A stretch of 64,000 nucleotides of DNA from Marsupella aquatica (taxonomy: Eukaryota > Plantae > Marchantiophyta), in NCBI GenBank assembly GCA_973895155.1, contig OZ316896.1:22587722-22651721 (forward strand). Direction: 5' to 3'. Positions 1-12,106 of the stretch are shown piece after piece (within the stretch, counting starts at the first letter, position 1; every line of letters begins with the position of its first letter). Both the position numbers and the translations under genes were made by a program. The notes beneath the pieces are model-generated. The model saw nothing but the letters and a program-made list of their open reading frames with translations, was not told the DNA's origin and did not search any database.

Positions 1-2587
1 ACCTGTCATCCCCATACGCCGCGGCCAGAACCTTTGGCCACTCGGATTCGAGCATCGTGATCCCATTGACACGATGTTGGTCCTTACGCGATAACGCGTC
101 CGCTGCCGTATTCGTCTTCCTTGGAACGTGGCGGACTTTGAAATCAAAATCCGCCAAGGACATCTGCCAGCGCATTTCTTTGGGGTTCAATCGTGGCTTA
201 GAACTGAAATACTCGGCCGGCAAGCTATCTGTGTGGATTACCACTTTGAGACCGTTCTTAAGGTAAATCTCCTACTTCTTTAACGCATAGATCACAACAT
301 ACATTTCCCTTTCCGCGCGTGATCCAATGATTTTCCAACTTACATGACTTGAAGGCCACAGGACGCCCATCTTGGTGAAGACAGGCGCCAATGGCATAAT
401 CACTTGCGTCTGTCCAAATCTCTAACGGCTTCCCCATCTCAGGTAATTTTAGAACCGGCGGCATTATCATTAACCGCTTAAGCTCTAGGAATGCTAACTC
501 GCAATCCTGTGTCCACACAAACACTTTATTTTTCAATGTTAGTGCATTTAGGGGCCTCACGATCCTCGCATAGTCTTTCATGTATCTCCGATAGAACCCC
601 GTAAACCCTAAGAAGGCTCTAACTTGCCTTACATTGGACGGTCGCTCCCATTCTTTGATCTCTTTAAGCTTGTCCTGACTAGGCGTAATCCCTTCTGGGG
701 TAAAGGTATGGCCGAGGAACTAAATCTCGTTCATCGCAAACTCGCACTTGCTAGGTTTAGCAAAGAGACGAGCCTTACAAAGGCGAGAGAACACTTCTCT
801 GAGCAACTGCTCATGTTCCTCCAACGTTTTCGAGTAGATTAGGATGTCGTCAATAAAGACGACCACTCCTTGGTCCGACAAGTCATGGAAGATGGTATTC
901 ATCATCTTCATGAAGGTTGCAATTGCGTTACACAACCCGAACGGCATAACCAAAAACTCATAGGATCCGAATCTTGTGCACATTGCGGTCTTATACTCGT
1001 CTCCCTTAGCCATGCGGATCTGGTAATACCCGGACCGCAAGTCCACCTTTGAAAACTTCCTAGCCCCGGAGAGGCAATCGAAGAGGTCATCCATATGAGG
1101 CAACGGGTACTTGTTCTTTATTGTTTGCTTATTGAGCGCCCGGTAATCTGCGCACAATCTCAAAGTACCATCCTTTTTGGACACAAACAGTGCGGGCGCC
1201 CCGTAAGGACTCTTACTGGGGCGAATGAACCCTTGGTCAATCAACTACTCCAAGGCGTTCTTTAACATCATTCGCTCGTTCAGGTTCAGACGATAAGGAG
1301 CTTTATCAATCTATTCATTAAAAGTGAATTATTATTCAATTTATGAACATTTGGGCAATAGAAAATGTACATTTGGCCTTCAAAAAGTGTACAATTAGGC
1401 AAGAAATAAATATGATGGCCATCAGATGTACCACCATGTTCATCATTTGTAAATGAACTAGGATGAGACTCCTTCTAGTCAAGATCATTTTTGTCACCTC
1501 AAGTTTTCAATTGATCATTTAGGTGTAGAGTATTATACCATAGTGTACCTTTTTGGTTTAAAAAGTGTACATTTAGAGACCAAAAAGTGAACATTTAGAG
1601 GCCTAAAAGTGAACAAAATAAAATACACTTTTAATGACTAGGGTGATCTTTAGCCTGAGGAGCCGATCCCGGCTCCAACTCAACTTGGTGATCCACTTCT
1701 CTCCGCGGGGGTAAACCTCTAGGTAGCTTCTGCGAGAGCACGTCGTTGAATTCCTCTAAAATTTCAGGAATTCAACCGCAGTCGGGCCCGACCTTAGCTG
1801 ACTTGAACTTTGGCTGCGACGGAGCCTCCTTAGTTGGGTGGAGATGAAAGAAGAAACATTCATGTCCACCCTTGAAGTCTTTCCACCATTGCTTCGCCGA
1901 TACACACGGAGACATCCACGACACTTTACTTACTTTAAGAAATCTTTCTTTATTTTCGGTAATTTCGTGTACAACGATGGGCTCACCGCCCTTATTGGGA
2001 AAATGGAGCTCCTCACCCCCCGGTTTCAAGGTAACATTGTGCTTTCTGAGATAACCTACCGACAAAATGAAGTCTACGGCTAGACCGTCTAGAACGTAGA
2101 ACATCTCCTGACTAACAAAATTTTGTTGTTTGCCTATGACCTTTACCCAAAGTCTATGCACTACTCTCGACACTATCCCCTTCGTGTCGTTGGCGAACTT
2201 GCACACTAACGGTTGTAACAACTCTTGCACGTCCACCCCAAGACGAGCTGCCGCCTGCCCACTTATGAAGCAGGCGGTCGCGCCTGTATCCACCAAGGCA
2301 ACACCCAGATTACCATTAGAAGTGACATTCACAAAAATCAGTTTTTCAGGATCCATTGTCTTAACTTTAGGTATCCTCTCTTGCAACAACACCCTCTCAC
2401 CGTCAAGGACATCCCCTACAGGGACCTTGTCAGCTACTAAGGGTTCGGTTAGAGCAATACTTACCTTAATGCTCTTTTGCCCTCCACCATCTCCGTTTGG
2501 CTTGCCACCTTTCATGGAACAATCCTTACTTTGATGGCCCATGGCGCCACATGTGAAGCACGAACCTTCAGCCCGCCTCTGCTCCAT
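1..2587 (-). pseudogene. gypsy zinc knuckle-protease-RT-RNase H (pol), disrupted
   Basis: ORFs 1772-2587, 720-1244 and 258-581 plus the intervening frames. Interrupted by the MITE at 1305-1647 and by in-frame stops. Confidence 0.92.
1305..1647. mobile_element. 343-bp AT-rich MITE inserted in gypsy pol
   Basis: Imperfect TIR ATCAATCTATTCATTAAAAGTG versus ATCACCCTAGTCATTAAAAGTG (reverse complement of right end). TSD CTTT at 1301-1304 and 1648-1651. Removal restores pol peptide PQAKAPYRLN. Confidence 0.85.
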
Positions 2588-2630
2588 GGTCGCCTGCTTC
2601 TTTGCTTTCTGTGCCGATGAGGCTCCTTTC

Positions 2631-4070
2631 TTAAAGTTGTCGGCTTCCGGTTTCGCTTGGCTTCTCCATTCCGGGGCTAGGGATCCGAACCACCGGCCCC
2701 CGCCCCCTCAAGTTGCTTCCTTTTGCTTTCCCAGCTTCCCCCTCGGATCCCTTGCCACCCACCTTTGCTAAGTCCGGTCGGTTATTCACCAACGTAGTGG
2801 CCTTGTCGAAGGCGTCGGAAATCGTTTTGAACTCATGACGCTTTTCCTGCAACTTTTCCCTGAGCAACGGCGGGAGTTTCACGATAAAGTTGTGAAGTTG
2901 TGTATGTAGGGTCTCTTGTCCCGCCGGGAGACACACCAACTGATTTTGGTAATAAGTGATGAACTTTTGGATATCACCCCTAAAGCTCATCTCCGTTACA
3001 CATTTCTGAGCGTGCCGCTCTGGGTACTTAGTGGTGACATGAGCACGGAGTCCCTCAACCAGGTTTTCCCAAGTTAACGACAAGGAGGAGTCTTCCCTCG
3101 ACTTCTTCCATGACTTGTACCAAGTCAAGGCATAGTCCTTCAGGTAAGGAGCGGCTGCGGTAGCCCAAGTGGAACGCTCAACACACGCTTGGAGATGAAT
3201 CTCCATCATGGAGAGCCAACTCAGGAACTTTTGTCCACTTTGCTCGTAGGCTCCATCGTAAGTTGGAGGAGTCGGTAGCTGGTTCACTTGGAACATACTC
3301 CGTCCAACTACCATTCCCCCCTCGGGACGCGACGCACTCTGACTACCCAGACTAAGTAAGTACTTAATCTGGGCCCCCTTGTTGTGTTCCAACTGCTCAT
3401 AGATGAGTCGTTGGTCTTGAGTCAACGGACCCAGACCGTTGTCAGTGGTCGGGCCCTTGCGGGTTGTATGAGGACGGTCCTCCAACCGTCTTTCCTTTGC
3501 GGGCCGCCTATCCTTAGGTTCTCTTGTGGATTTTGGTGAAACACCCCGCGTTTTGCGAATACCATGACCTCCCGGGATTGAGGTATCACCCGCATCATCC
3601 TGGTTCTGCTTGGTCAAATTATCCATGATGATGTCCGGCTCGGCATCATCCTCTGGTTCCGCGTTCAACCCTCTCAAGGCTGGGATCAGTTCCTCCTCCG
3701 GGTCCTGACCCTCTTCCTCTATCTCAGCTTCAGCGTTGTCGTCGCTTGCGGTTGCGTCGGAGTCATCGTCATCCGACCCATCCTTTGAAGGATCAGCCGC
3801 CTCCTTCCCTTTAAGCTGACGGTGCTCTGCACTTGCCTTGTTTGCCGCAGCGGTCGACGGTTCAGCCGTTGCATCTTCTTCATCCTGCTTGTAACGTTCG
3901 TCTAGGGAAGTCGACCCGTCCTCCTTCTGTTCATCTTGAACTTGGGCTCTCCCCTTGGTGGGAGGAGCCTGCTTGCCACTCTTTGCACGAGTGTTTTCAG
4001 CAATGTTCCCAGCGACCAAATCTGCCCGCAGTCGACCCGCCGGGCACGTTGAAGCACTAAGTCCCCGCAA
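2631..4070 (-). pseudogene. gypsy gag, frameshifted relative to the zinc-knuckle/protease frame
   Basis: Retrotransposon gag-like core (PPTYDG..WLSMMEIHL..YLKDYALTWY..LTWENL) with a long acidic N-terminal region. Confidence 0.85.
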
Positions 4071-4136
4071 AAATCCGTAAAGATTTTTGGATTCCGACTT
4101 AGCACAACTCCGGCCCGGTGTCTATACCAGCAATTA

Positions 4137-4147
4137 CTCTGATACCA
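4137..4147 (-). other. primer binding site, tRNA-iMet
   Basis: TGGTATCAGAG on the minus strand directly upstream of gag. Confidence 0.9.
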
Positions 4148-4742
4148 CAAGTGGTGGACCTAGCCACCCAGCACCCTCACCAATCCCAACACTCACGCCT
4201 AAGTGCCCCTGGTGCCCGAATGCCTCCATGGAATACCTCGAGCAAGCACTCTAGTGCCCTGTAATGCTCTACATTAGTTAGAAATGATGAAAATTTTATA
4301 AATTTTGAACTTTTTCTAACTCAAGGTGCAATCTAGTTACCTTTTGTAGCAATTTAGATCAACTGAACACTTTACCTAATGTTATGCTTCATCAGAGGCT
4401 ATTGTATTGGACAAGGATCGACAATATAAATCTTTGCTCTTTACATGCTACCAAGAAAGAAGACTGGACATCATTGGAGAAGCAATGCAGACTAAAAGAT
4501 TCAAGAACCAGACTCCAAAACACTTCTTCAACAAGAATGAGCTCTGTATACAATTATCACAATCACCCAATCTCTGTTATTTTAGTTAAATAGTTCTCAC
4601 GGTCATAAAAGTCTCATACTTTTTTAGGAGGTAGTAGTTGCGTAGTAGAATCATCCCTGCAAGTTTCATCTCAAACCGACATGTGGTTTGAAAGTTAGAA
4701 TTAATTTAGTTTTGCTGGTTTTTGCATAGCCACGACTTCGCC

Positions 4743-5349
4743 GACGCTTTGTGAAGCGTCCCTTGTATTTTTGGACGCTTTGAAAAGCGTCCACCCAAGA
4801 CCACGACGCTTTGAGAAGCATCCACATGAGAAGCGACGCTTTCGGAAGCGCCCACCAAGTTTTGACGCTTTCAGAAGTGTCCGCCACCCCATAGGCGACA
4901 TCGACACTGCGACGCCCATTGAAGCGTCCCGCCCGAAGACCAGAAGACGGATGCTGCGACCAAAACCTCGAAATTCAGCCGACGCTTTCTGAAGCGTCCA
5001 CAAAAGTCCTTTGTAGTTTTGGACGCTTTCTGAAGCGTCCACTATGTTCCCAACACTTAGAAAACTTTTCAGTTTTCGCACTTTTATAACACCATGCCGC
5101 TTTTACCGATTTATTTGAGACACTTAGAGATCTCAAAAAAGTCTGAAATTTTGTCAGCATAGAGATTATATGTAGTAGAGTACCTTAGAAAAGTTTCAAC
5201 TCATTCCGACTCTTAGTTTAGAAGTTAAAATTAGATTAAGATCACTGTTTATTAGTTTTACCGCAAACACCGACGCTTTGCAAAGCGACCGCTCAAACCT
5301 CGACGCTTTGAGAAGCGTCCCCTGCATTTTTGACACTTTCAGCAGTGTC
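4743..5349. repeat. array of 11 short palindromes GACGCTT-N4-AAGCGTC
   Basis: Copies at 4743, 4774, 4805, 4835, 4864, 4910, 4981, 5022, 5272, 5302 and 5332, with variable spacers. Confidence 0.9.
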
Positions 5350-6258
5350 CATTCACTTTTCAAGGATGAACGTCATTAAGTTTATTCAAGACCCTTTAGA
5401 TATGAAAGGGCATGAACACAGTGACGGACCAAACGAGAAGTATGACCACCAAACGAGAAGTGTGTTTTCAATTTCGTGAAAAACGGCGAAAAATCACTAA
5501 AATTAAGATCAAAAACGCTATTTTGAGGATGAATCCAAAATCGCATCCAACATCGGATTTCAAATCGATATACTGTCGACGCAAAAACACAGAATTGTCA
5601 CAATCCAGAATTCCACTACACTTTATCTAAAAAAAGTGCAAATTCCAAAACCTGGAAAAACAATACTTTTCACGTGATCCTTCTAAAAGCTAAATCCGAG
5701 CGTCAAACAAAACGAGTAAAACACAAGATTTCATTTTTGCCATCAAAATGGCAAACTGAAAATGGGATACGGCGTATCCCATTTCGGATTCAACTATTGA
5801 ACATGGACGAAAACCACACCAAATCATTCTCTTGACGCTTCCATTTAACCTCGGGTTAAAAATGTTTGAATTTTTAACTGCGGTAAAATTGAAAACTGTG
5901 AAAAACTGACCGCGGACTATAGTCGAACCACACAGTTAGTTAAGTTAACCCGACGACATGTCCGGAAACTTTTTAGCCCATAACGCATGATGAATACGAG
6001 ATGGGATCCAAGTATCCACTATCGTATTCAACCTCAATGTTTTCCACTTGCAACTTTGCATCAGGAGATCTTTCGACATGAATACCAATATCCCATCTAG
6101 TATTCAACCTCTACATTTTGAAGTTTTTGCATCGCATACCTTGATATTCCAGTTTGAAGACCAACTGGGATCCACGGCGACTTCCTCAAAAATCTACAAT
6201 TTAAATTTCAGCATTCTTTGAAAAGACAGACTCTCACATGAAAAAACCCTCGTATGGA

Positions 6259-6304
6259 CCAATCAGGGAATGCCACGTGTCCAATGCCCCCAAAAACTAT
6301 AAAA
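6259..6304 (+). promoter_or_regulatory. putative Pol II promoter of the transposase
   Basis: CCAAT 6259, G-box CACGTG 6274, CCAAT 6281 and TATAAAA 6298, about 150 bp upstream of ATG 6457. Confidence 0.55.
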
Positions 6305-6456
6305 GGAAGAGCTCGCATCTGTTTTTCATCTTCATTTCTCGTGATTACTTTGAGGTTCGTTCAGTATTGAGTAGTTGTTTTCATAGAATACTGTAATCTG
6401 AATTTTCTCTGTTGGATACGAATACGTACTCCTATACAACCCTTGTTTGATTCTCT

Positions 6457-9400
6457 ATGGCGTCTTCAAGTGATGAGTCAATTTACAGTTCAGATGCATC
6501 TTTGCCAGATGTTGTTTGAAAATTTATTCCATCTCGTTTGATGAATGAATTACCAGCCTCACAGAGAGTAGTGCCAGAGATTTCATTTTCCTCAGAATCT
6601 GAGAAATCAGAGTCTGATTCAGAGTCTTGTAGGAGTGTTGTGGGTGCTCCGATTTCATACTATGTCTCTCCAAGTAAACCTCTTAAACGACGTCTACTTG
6701 TAAAGAAGCCTAATGTAGTTCCTACGAAGAGACACTTGGTTCACCGCGAACCCCGACAGATCTTCAAAGGCGAAGGCCCCGGTTTTTAATGCCAAGAACA
6801 ACGTTACCATGTAGGCCCGCCCGAAGATCTCCATTGGTTTTTCCAATGTCTCATTCTCCGGGAGTGAAGATAGTTGTGTCCAGTGTTCAATCACAGTTTG
6901 AGCGAATGAGGAGTCCAAATGTGCTGGAATTGCAGGGAGGGGCAGCCTCAGAGCCAAATTTGGTGGGTCAAATACCAAGTGGGATCCGTGGATCCCACTT
7001 GGTATTCTCTACTTGAATGTTGAGAAACTGTGAACGCGAATTACCTATTTCGTCTCCTTCAGTACCAAATTCCTTGGGTCAAATACGAATTCCCTCGTGT
7101 TATTTTGCAGAATCCTGTGGGATAAGTACACGATACACGATACACGAGGGAATTCCCACTTAGTATCCCACTTAGTATTCCCTCGTGTTATTTTGCAGAA
7201 TCCTGTGCCCGAGTCATCGGTCTTGCGGACTTCCAACCCGAGTTTTGATGGTGGAATGCGAAATGGGATACGCGGATCCCAGTTCATATTGCGCAACGGA
7301 AAGTTACCAAGTCATGACGCAGAACAACAAGTGGGAAATTTTTCACTTCGAAGTCCCGAAGGACGAATACGAGTTGGGATCCATGGATCCCAATCGATAT
7401 TCCCATCAATTATTTCACAGAGTGATAAAACTAACAACATGGGACTTTGAAGCCCTTTGGCGAGGATGCAGTGTGAGGTTTTTGGATCTTCCATTGGACG
7501 GCAAGTGCAGAACGAAAGAGGGAAGAGATCTAGTGTCCAAAAAATTCCTCGGAGATTATTGCGAAGTGAGCTGCCGGAGAGAGGGCCCGAAAATTCAAGG
7601 GTACATGCTAAGTTGAAACTTGTCCAAAGATTATTCAATGGTCAAGATGAGCCCTCAAGTCGAGAAGAATCACCTAGGTTGGGATTACAGTCTCAGAGAC
7701 AAGTGGGCGGTACTCCGACTGAAGATGTGAATATCATTAAAAGATTTCAAACTAGAAATCTCCGAACCCCTGGGCCCCCAGCCTTTGTAAACTAAAGAGG
7801 TATACGTGCGTACACCCCCCTCCCTAGTACCCCTTATTATTTTTGGAAGCCTATAAAAATTTCTCTTGTTATTCTTAAAAACTTAATTTTGAAGAATAAA
7901 TCTGCCCCTTTGAGATATTATAATTTCACATTTTACACCATTTATGAAAGCCTTGAAAAGTTATAAATTTATCATGTGCAAACGGTTCTAAAACTGATGG
8001 GAGTGTTTTAGAAGGGTTTTGGGTACATACATTTTTGTGTTCGTGACCCTTTAACCCCAAACTTCAACTTTGGGGCATTTTTGAACCACATGGCAGGGTA
8101 GTCAGGGTTCAAAAGCTCCAAAGTCCTAAACTACTCTGAATCATAGATGTTGCAAGCATAATTATATGTCATATACACATGTTCCAATAAAGGGTGACCA
8201 CAAGGACCAATCCTATTGTGACGCGTGTCACATCCATATTACATCACCTCTTGAAGCATATTAACTTGGGTGACATTTATATAAGCCTATATTAGTTAGA
8301 AAAGGTTCTTTGAATAAAACCATCCCTTGATATTTCTAAGCCAATTATAAAAATTAATCTCAAATCAGATTTTTTGCACCCTTCATCCGTTCGCACGTCC
8401 AGCCCATTATTAATAATGCTGGGGGCCCAGGGCTCCGAACACCTATTACATTTTCAGAAGACTCTGAAGAGAGATCAAAGGAGGCTGCAAATGACAGAGA
8501 GACTGCTATAATCTCAAATGTTGTTGAAGAGATCCTGGGATGTGAGATTGTTCATGAAATAGTTACAGAAAATGTGGAGAGTGGAAACAACTCTACAGAA
8601 GATCTTTTTGTTTTAAATTCTAATTCACTAGAAAATAGATGGGGGGTAAGTTCTCCCGACACTATTCAGGATAGAGTAGAGGTGACAAGACCCAGTAAGA
8701 AAATCAGAGATCAGATGATTAGAAAAGATAGACTTACCATTGCAAATCTAAAAAAATGCAAAATTAAAGATATTTTTAAGTATCCCTGTTGTGACAAGTT
8801 TTGCTTGAGGTCTCTGGGTCTAGAGGAATGCTCAAAACAACGAAAGTATTATTTTGGTCTTAAACACTTGCAAAAAAATATTTTGCTACGAGGTTGTATC
8901 ATGAACAACTGTAGTACTTCTCGTGGATATAGTGTAAATGGACAACCTATATGTAGAGGAGGATTCAAGAAACTATATTCTTTAGGTAATAATAGATTGG
9001 CAACAATCCATGCAAACATGTTTACAAGGATTGAACGAGATACCTTTTGTAAGGAAGACTCACCTTCATTTCTAAACTTGGTGGAATGGTTGAAAGATTT
9101 TTTCCAAAAAAATATGGATAGTCTTCCCCATAAAGAGATTCATCACTTGCTAGACAATTGGACAAAGCAAGAGATACATGGAATCTTTGAAGCTGAAACA
9201 ATGTTGCGAGAAGAACAACAAGTTACATATTCTTATTTTTTGCGTGTTTGGAAAAAAAAGTTTCCAAATGTACGAATTCCTAAAAGGAGCTGATTTTCTA
9301 CTTGTGGTCCTTATACTGAATTTAAGGCTCTTCGGGACAAAGCAACAACTAAAGAGGATAAAAGTAAGTTCCACTAACTATAACCTTCAACTTTAATTTG

Positions 9401-11071
9401 ATGACATGTAATTCAATATTTGTCAAAGTTTATCCTTAGTTATTGATTTTTAATTCATTGCTATTGTATCATTTCAGGAAATTATATCAATGCCCTTATG
9501 GAGCATCGAAAAGTACAATCATTGGAAAGGATGAAGTTAGCCAAGCATCGTAAAAAATGTTATGATGAGCCCAACAAGTATTTGAGTATTTGTATAGATG
9601 GTATGGATGAAAAGAAAACAGAGCTACCACATTTTCTTCGTTGTCCAAAGAACATGGATGAAAAGTATTTCATTCCAATACATGTTGTAGGTTGTCTCAT
9701 CTTCAACAGGAACCTTGTAGCAAAAGTATTTTTGACATATCCCAATATCCATAATGATGCAAACTTGACCATACATGTTATTCAAAATGTATTAAATACA
9801 TGGGATGGGACATTACCAAGAGTGTTATATCTTCAATTAGATAATACCACTCGGGAAAACAAGAATAAATTCTTGATGGCTTATCTTCACATGTTAGTAG
9901 ATTTGAAGATTTTTGACAAGATTAAAGTGGGTTTCTTGTTGGTCGGTCATACACATGACCAGATAGATCAGATGTTTAGTAAATTTTTGTCTAGGTTAAA
10001 CAAGCACAAAGCATTTCGCTTGGAGACTCTTGAGGATATTATTCGACGAGCATATTCACCTGAAGCTTTGATCATATTTGTGGATGAAGTAGCCGATTTT
10101 CAAAAATTTGTCAATGAAAACGACCAGCCAAATGAGAAGGGAGTCTTAGGTAGAGTCTTGAGAGATCTCAATCTCATAACTTTTCAAAGGCAATTCAAAT
10201 TCAAACGAGTCATGGAGGATGGAAACGAAGAGACAACATTTCACGGAAAACATCTTTCCACGACCCAGGATTGGGGAGATGCAGTGACGTTCGTCAATTA
10301 CATTCCAACTTCAAGAATGTGGGTTGTTGCATAAATGTCACTGAAGTCAGCAAAAGGTGTTGAGAGGGATGATGTCCATGATTCTTCCAATACAGATGGT
10401 GCATTAACTACTCTGGTGAAATATGAAAAAGCTATCCAGGAAGGTTTCAATTACTTTGACAATGAAGATAAACTTTGGTGGATGAGTTTTTTTGAGAAAC
10501 AAAAAGATATTATCAAAAACCACCTAGAGGAAGGTGAGTGGTTATTTGAGTGGGTTTGGCCGCAACAAAATCAAGGTGCACAACTACTTCCAAGGGTGAG
10601 AAATGTACTTGTTGAAGAAGGTGTTGATCCAACTTTGGTTGAGAAAGTTGCTGGACCACAGAGAATTATGTACTCCGGACCTCGACGAAAGCAAGCTGAA
10701 TTTGGAGATTTCAGAGATATGGAAGTTAACAATAAGTGGTCCATGATATGTGTAGCGGCACACAAGGAGGCAAGTTGTTTTGGATGGCAAAGGTGTCAAA
10801 GATTTTGACAAGAACTGCAGACATTCCTGAGAGAATCAAAATCACATGGTACACAACTGAGGCAAGTGCTGAGTCTGCTATTGATGGGAAATATTTTCCA
10901 GAGAAAGATAATATATCTAATCGACTTCTCCAAGATGAACTAGTTCTATCATCAACAGCGGTGTATGCATACAACTTTGCGCTTTTAAGTACTAATCAAA
11001 TAGCAGCAAAAACTACAAAAATTATAGAGTCTGCTATATTAGAGAGAGGTTCTGCACACTCAGAGGATTGA
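6457..11071 (+). pseudogene. Sola/DUF7869-like DDE transposase, spliced and disrupted
   Basis: Core motifs SICIDGMD..K..LP, LYLQLDNTTRENKN and FLLVGHTHDQIDQMFS. Cys-rich N-region (CCDKFC, ICRGGF). Intron at ~9364-9477. Contains in-frame stops, frameshifts and a MITE insertion. The N-terminal exon structure is uncertain. Confidence 0.85.
7768..8432. mobile_element. 665-bp non-autonomous TIR element with 8-bp TSD (hAT-like TSD length)
   Basis: Perfect 15-bp TIR CCCTGGGCCCCCAGC. TSD CTCCGAAC at 7760-7767 and 8433-8440. Excision joins ORF 7457 in frame with ORF 8574. Confidence 0.93.
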
Positions 11072-11082
11072 GGTTGATGTCC

Positions 11083-12027
11083 TTAAACAGGTACATGCAT
11101 CAATTTTAGAATTTGATCTCGAATGAATTTTCTAAGGTTACATGCTCTTTTACAATTGTACCATTTTTCAGTAAATAAAGACTGTGCATGAAGGCATTGT
11201 GTAATATGCCATTGAATTCTGATTTCGTCCATATTTTGAAGAACAAATAGACCACAATCTGAATTGTTTGGTTGTTGAGGTACCTGAGAAAGAATCTTAA
11301 AGTTAGTCCAAAGTGTTTAATAATTGAACTAAATAAAAGTTAAAATTACTTTTCAAATCCTTACCATTGGATTGTATATCTCCACAACTCCCATTGGAAC
11401 TTTTCCAAAAAATAATTCTCATTCCATTGTAAAATATCTGTAAATTATCATTCAAAGTTCTTAGTCCAAAGTGTTTATATTTATGTACCACATAAATAAA
11501 TTCAAATTGAAAAAATGTAATAGAACATATACATACCTGCTCAGTATTGATCCAATTACATGGTTTGAGTGTAGACCGGCGAGAGAGTCTAGATGATACA
11601 TTTTGATCGAAGATTCAATCCGATCCAAACATATTACAATCAGACTCCAGTGCATGCTCATGTGAATTGGCATGAGAATGACCTCAATTTGGGAAAATGG
11701 TGGCTTGTAATAATTCCGCATCTTTTGAATTGATTCCAACAAGGTCTCAGCTGGTTCTGTTTCAATCCTTGAAACAAGCCAAGGGTAAAAAAAAGAGGAT
11801 AATATGTTTACTGAGGGAGCCAGATCTCCAAGTTCCTCGGTTATTAATTGTGGGTAAAATTCCATTATTTCATCACCCAAATATTGACCGGGTTCAAGTT
11901 GGCTCAATGTTTTATTGTCCAAAAGAAATCCACTAGAAGAATTGTGTGAGAATCTATGCAGAACATGTTTCAATACAAAATCCTCCTTTGGTTCCTGCAA
12001 AGACATTACTTTGTGAAATAAGAACAT
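11083..12027 (-). pseudogene. Ulp1/SENP-like C48 cysteine protease (3 exons, in-frame stop in exon 2)
   Basis: Motifs LEPGQYLGDEIMEFY, ILSSFFY, MPIHMSMHWSL (His) and YHLDSL (Asp). Last exon 11083-11283 reads VPQQPNNSDCGLFVL (Gln/Cys). GT-AG introns are in phase. Confidence 0.88.
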
Positions 12028-12106
12028 AGTCCAATCATAATCTTCCTCAATATTTCACAAGTTTGGATCAATAGATACAACATGAGAGAACTAATCAAAC
12101 TTAAGT

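Larger units (their letters stand above)
1..4259 (-). mobile_element. Ty3/gypsy LTR retrotransposon (chromovirus-like pol), decayed; runs off the window start
   Basis: Minus strand, in order: PBS, gag, CCHC knuckle CFTCGAMGHQSKDC, protease ALVDTGAT, RT ([37 protein letters not shown]), RNase H (WTDASDYAIGA..ADALSR). Stops and frameshifts are present. The 5' LTR is truncated near 4260 by another LTR. Confidence 0.93.

Noticed and set aside
2600-2780. Programmed gag-pol frameshift
   Set aside because: The shift falls in a G-rich run before the zinc knuckle of an element with many other lesions, so a mutational indel is more likely.
5417-5423. Transib/RAG-like transposon, based on CACAGTG
   Set aside because: No 5-bp TSD, and the transposase motifs (LQLDN..ENKN, GHTH..ID) do not match Transib/RAG1.
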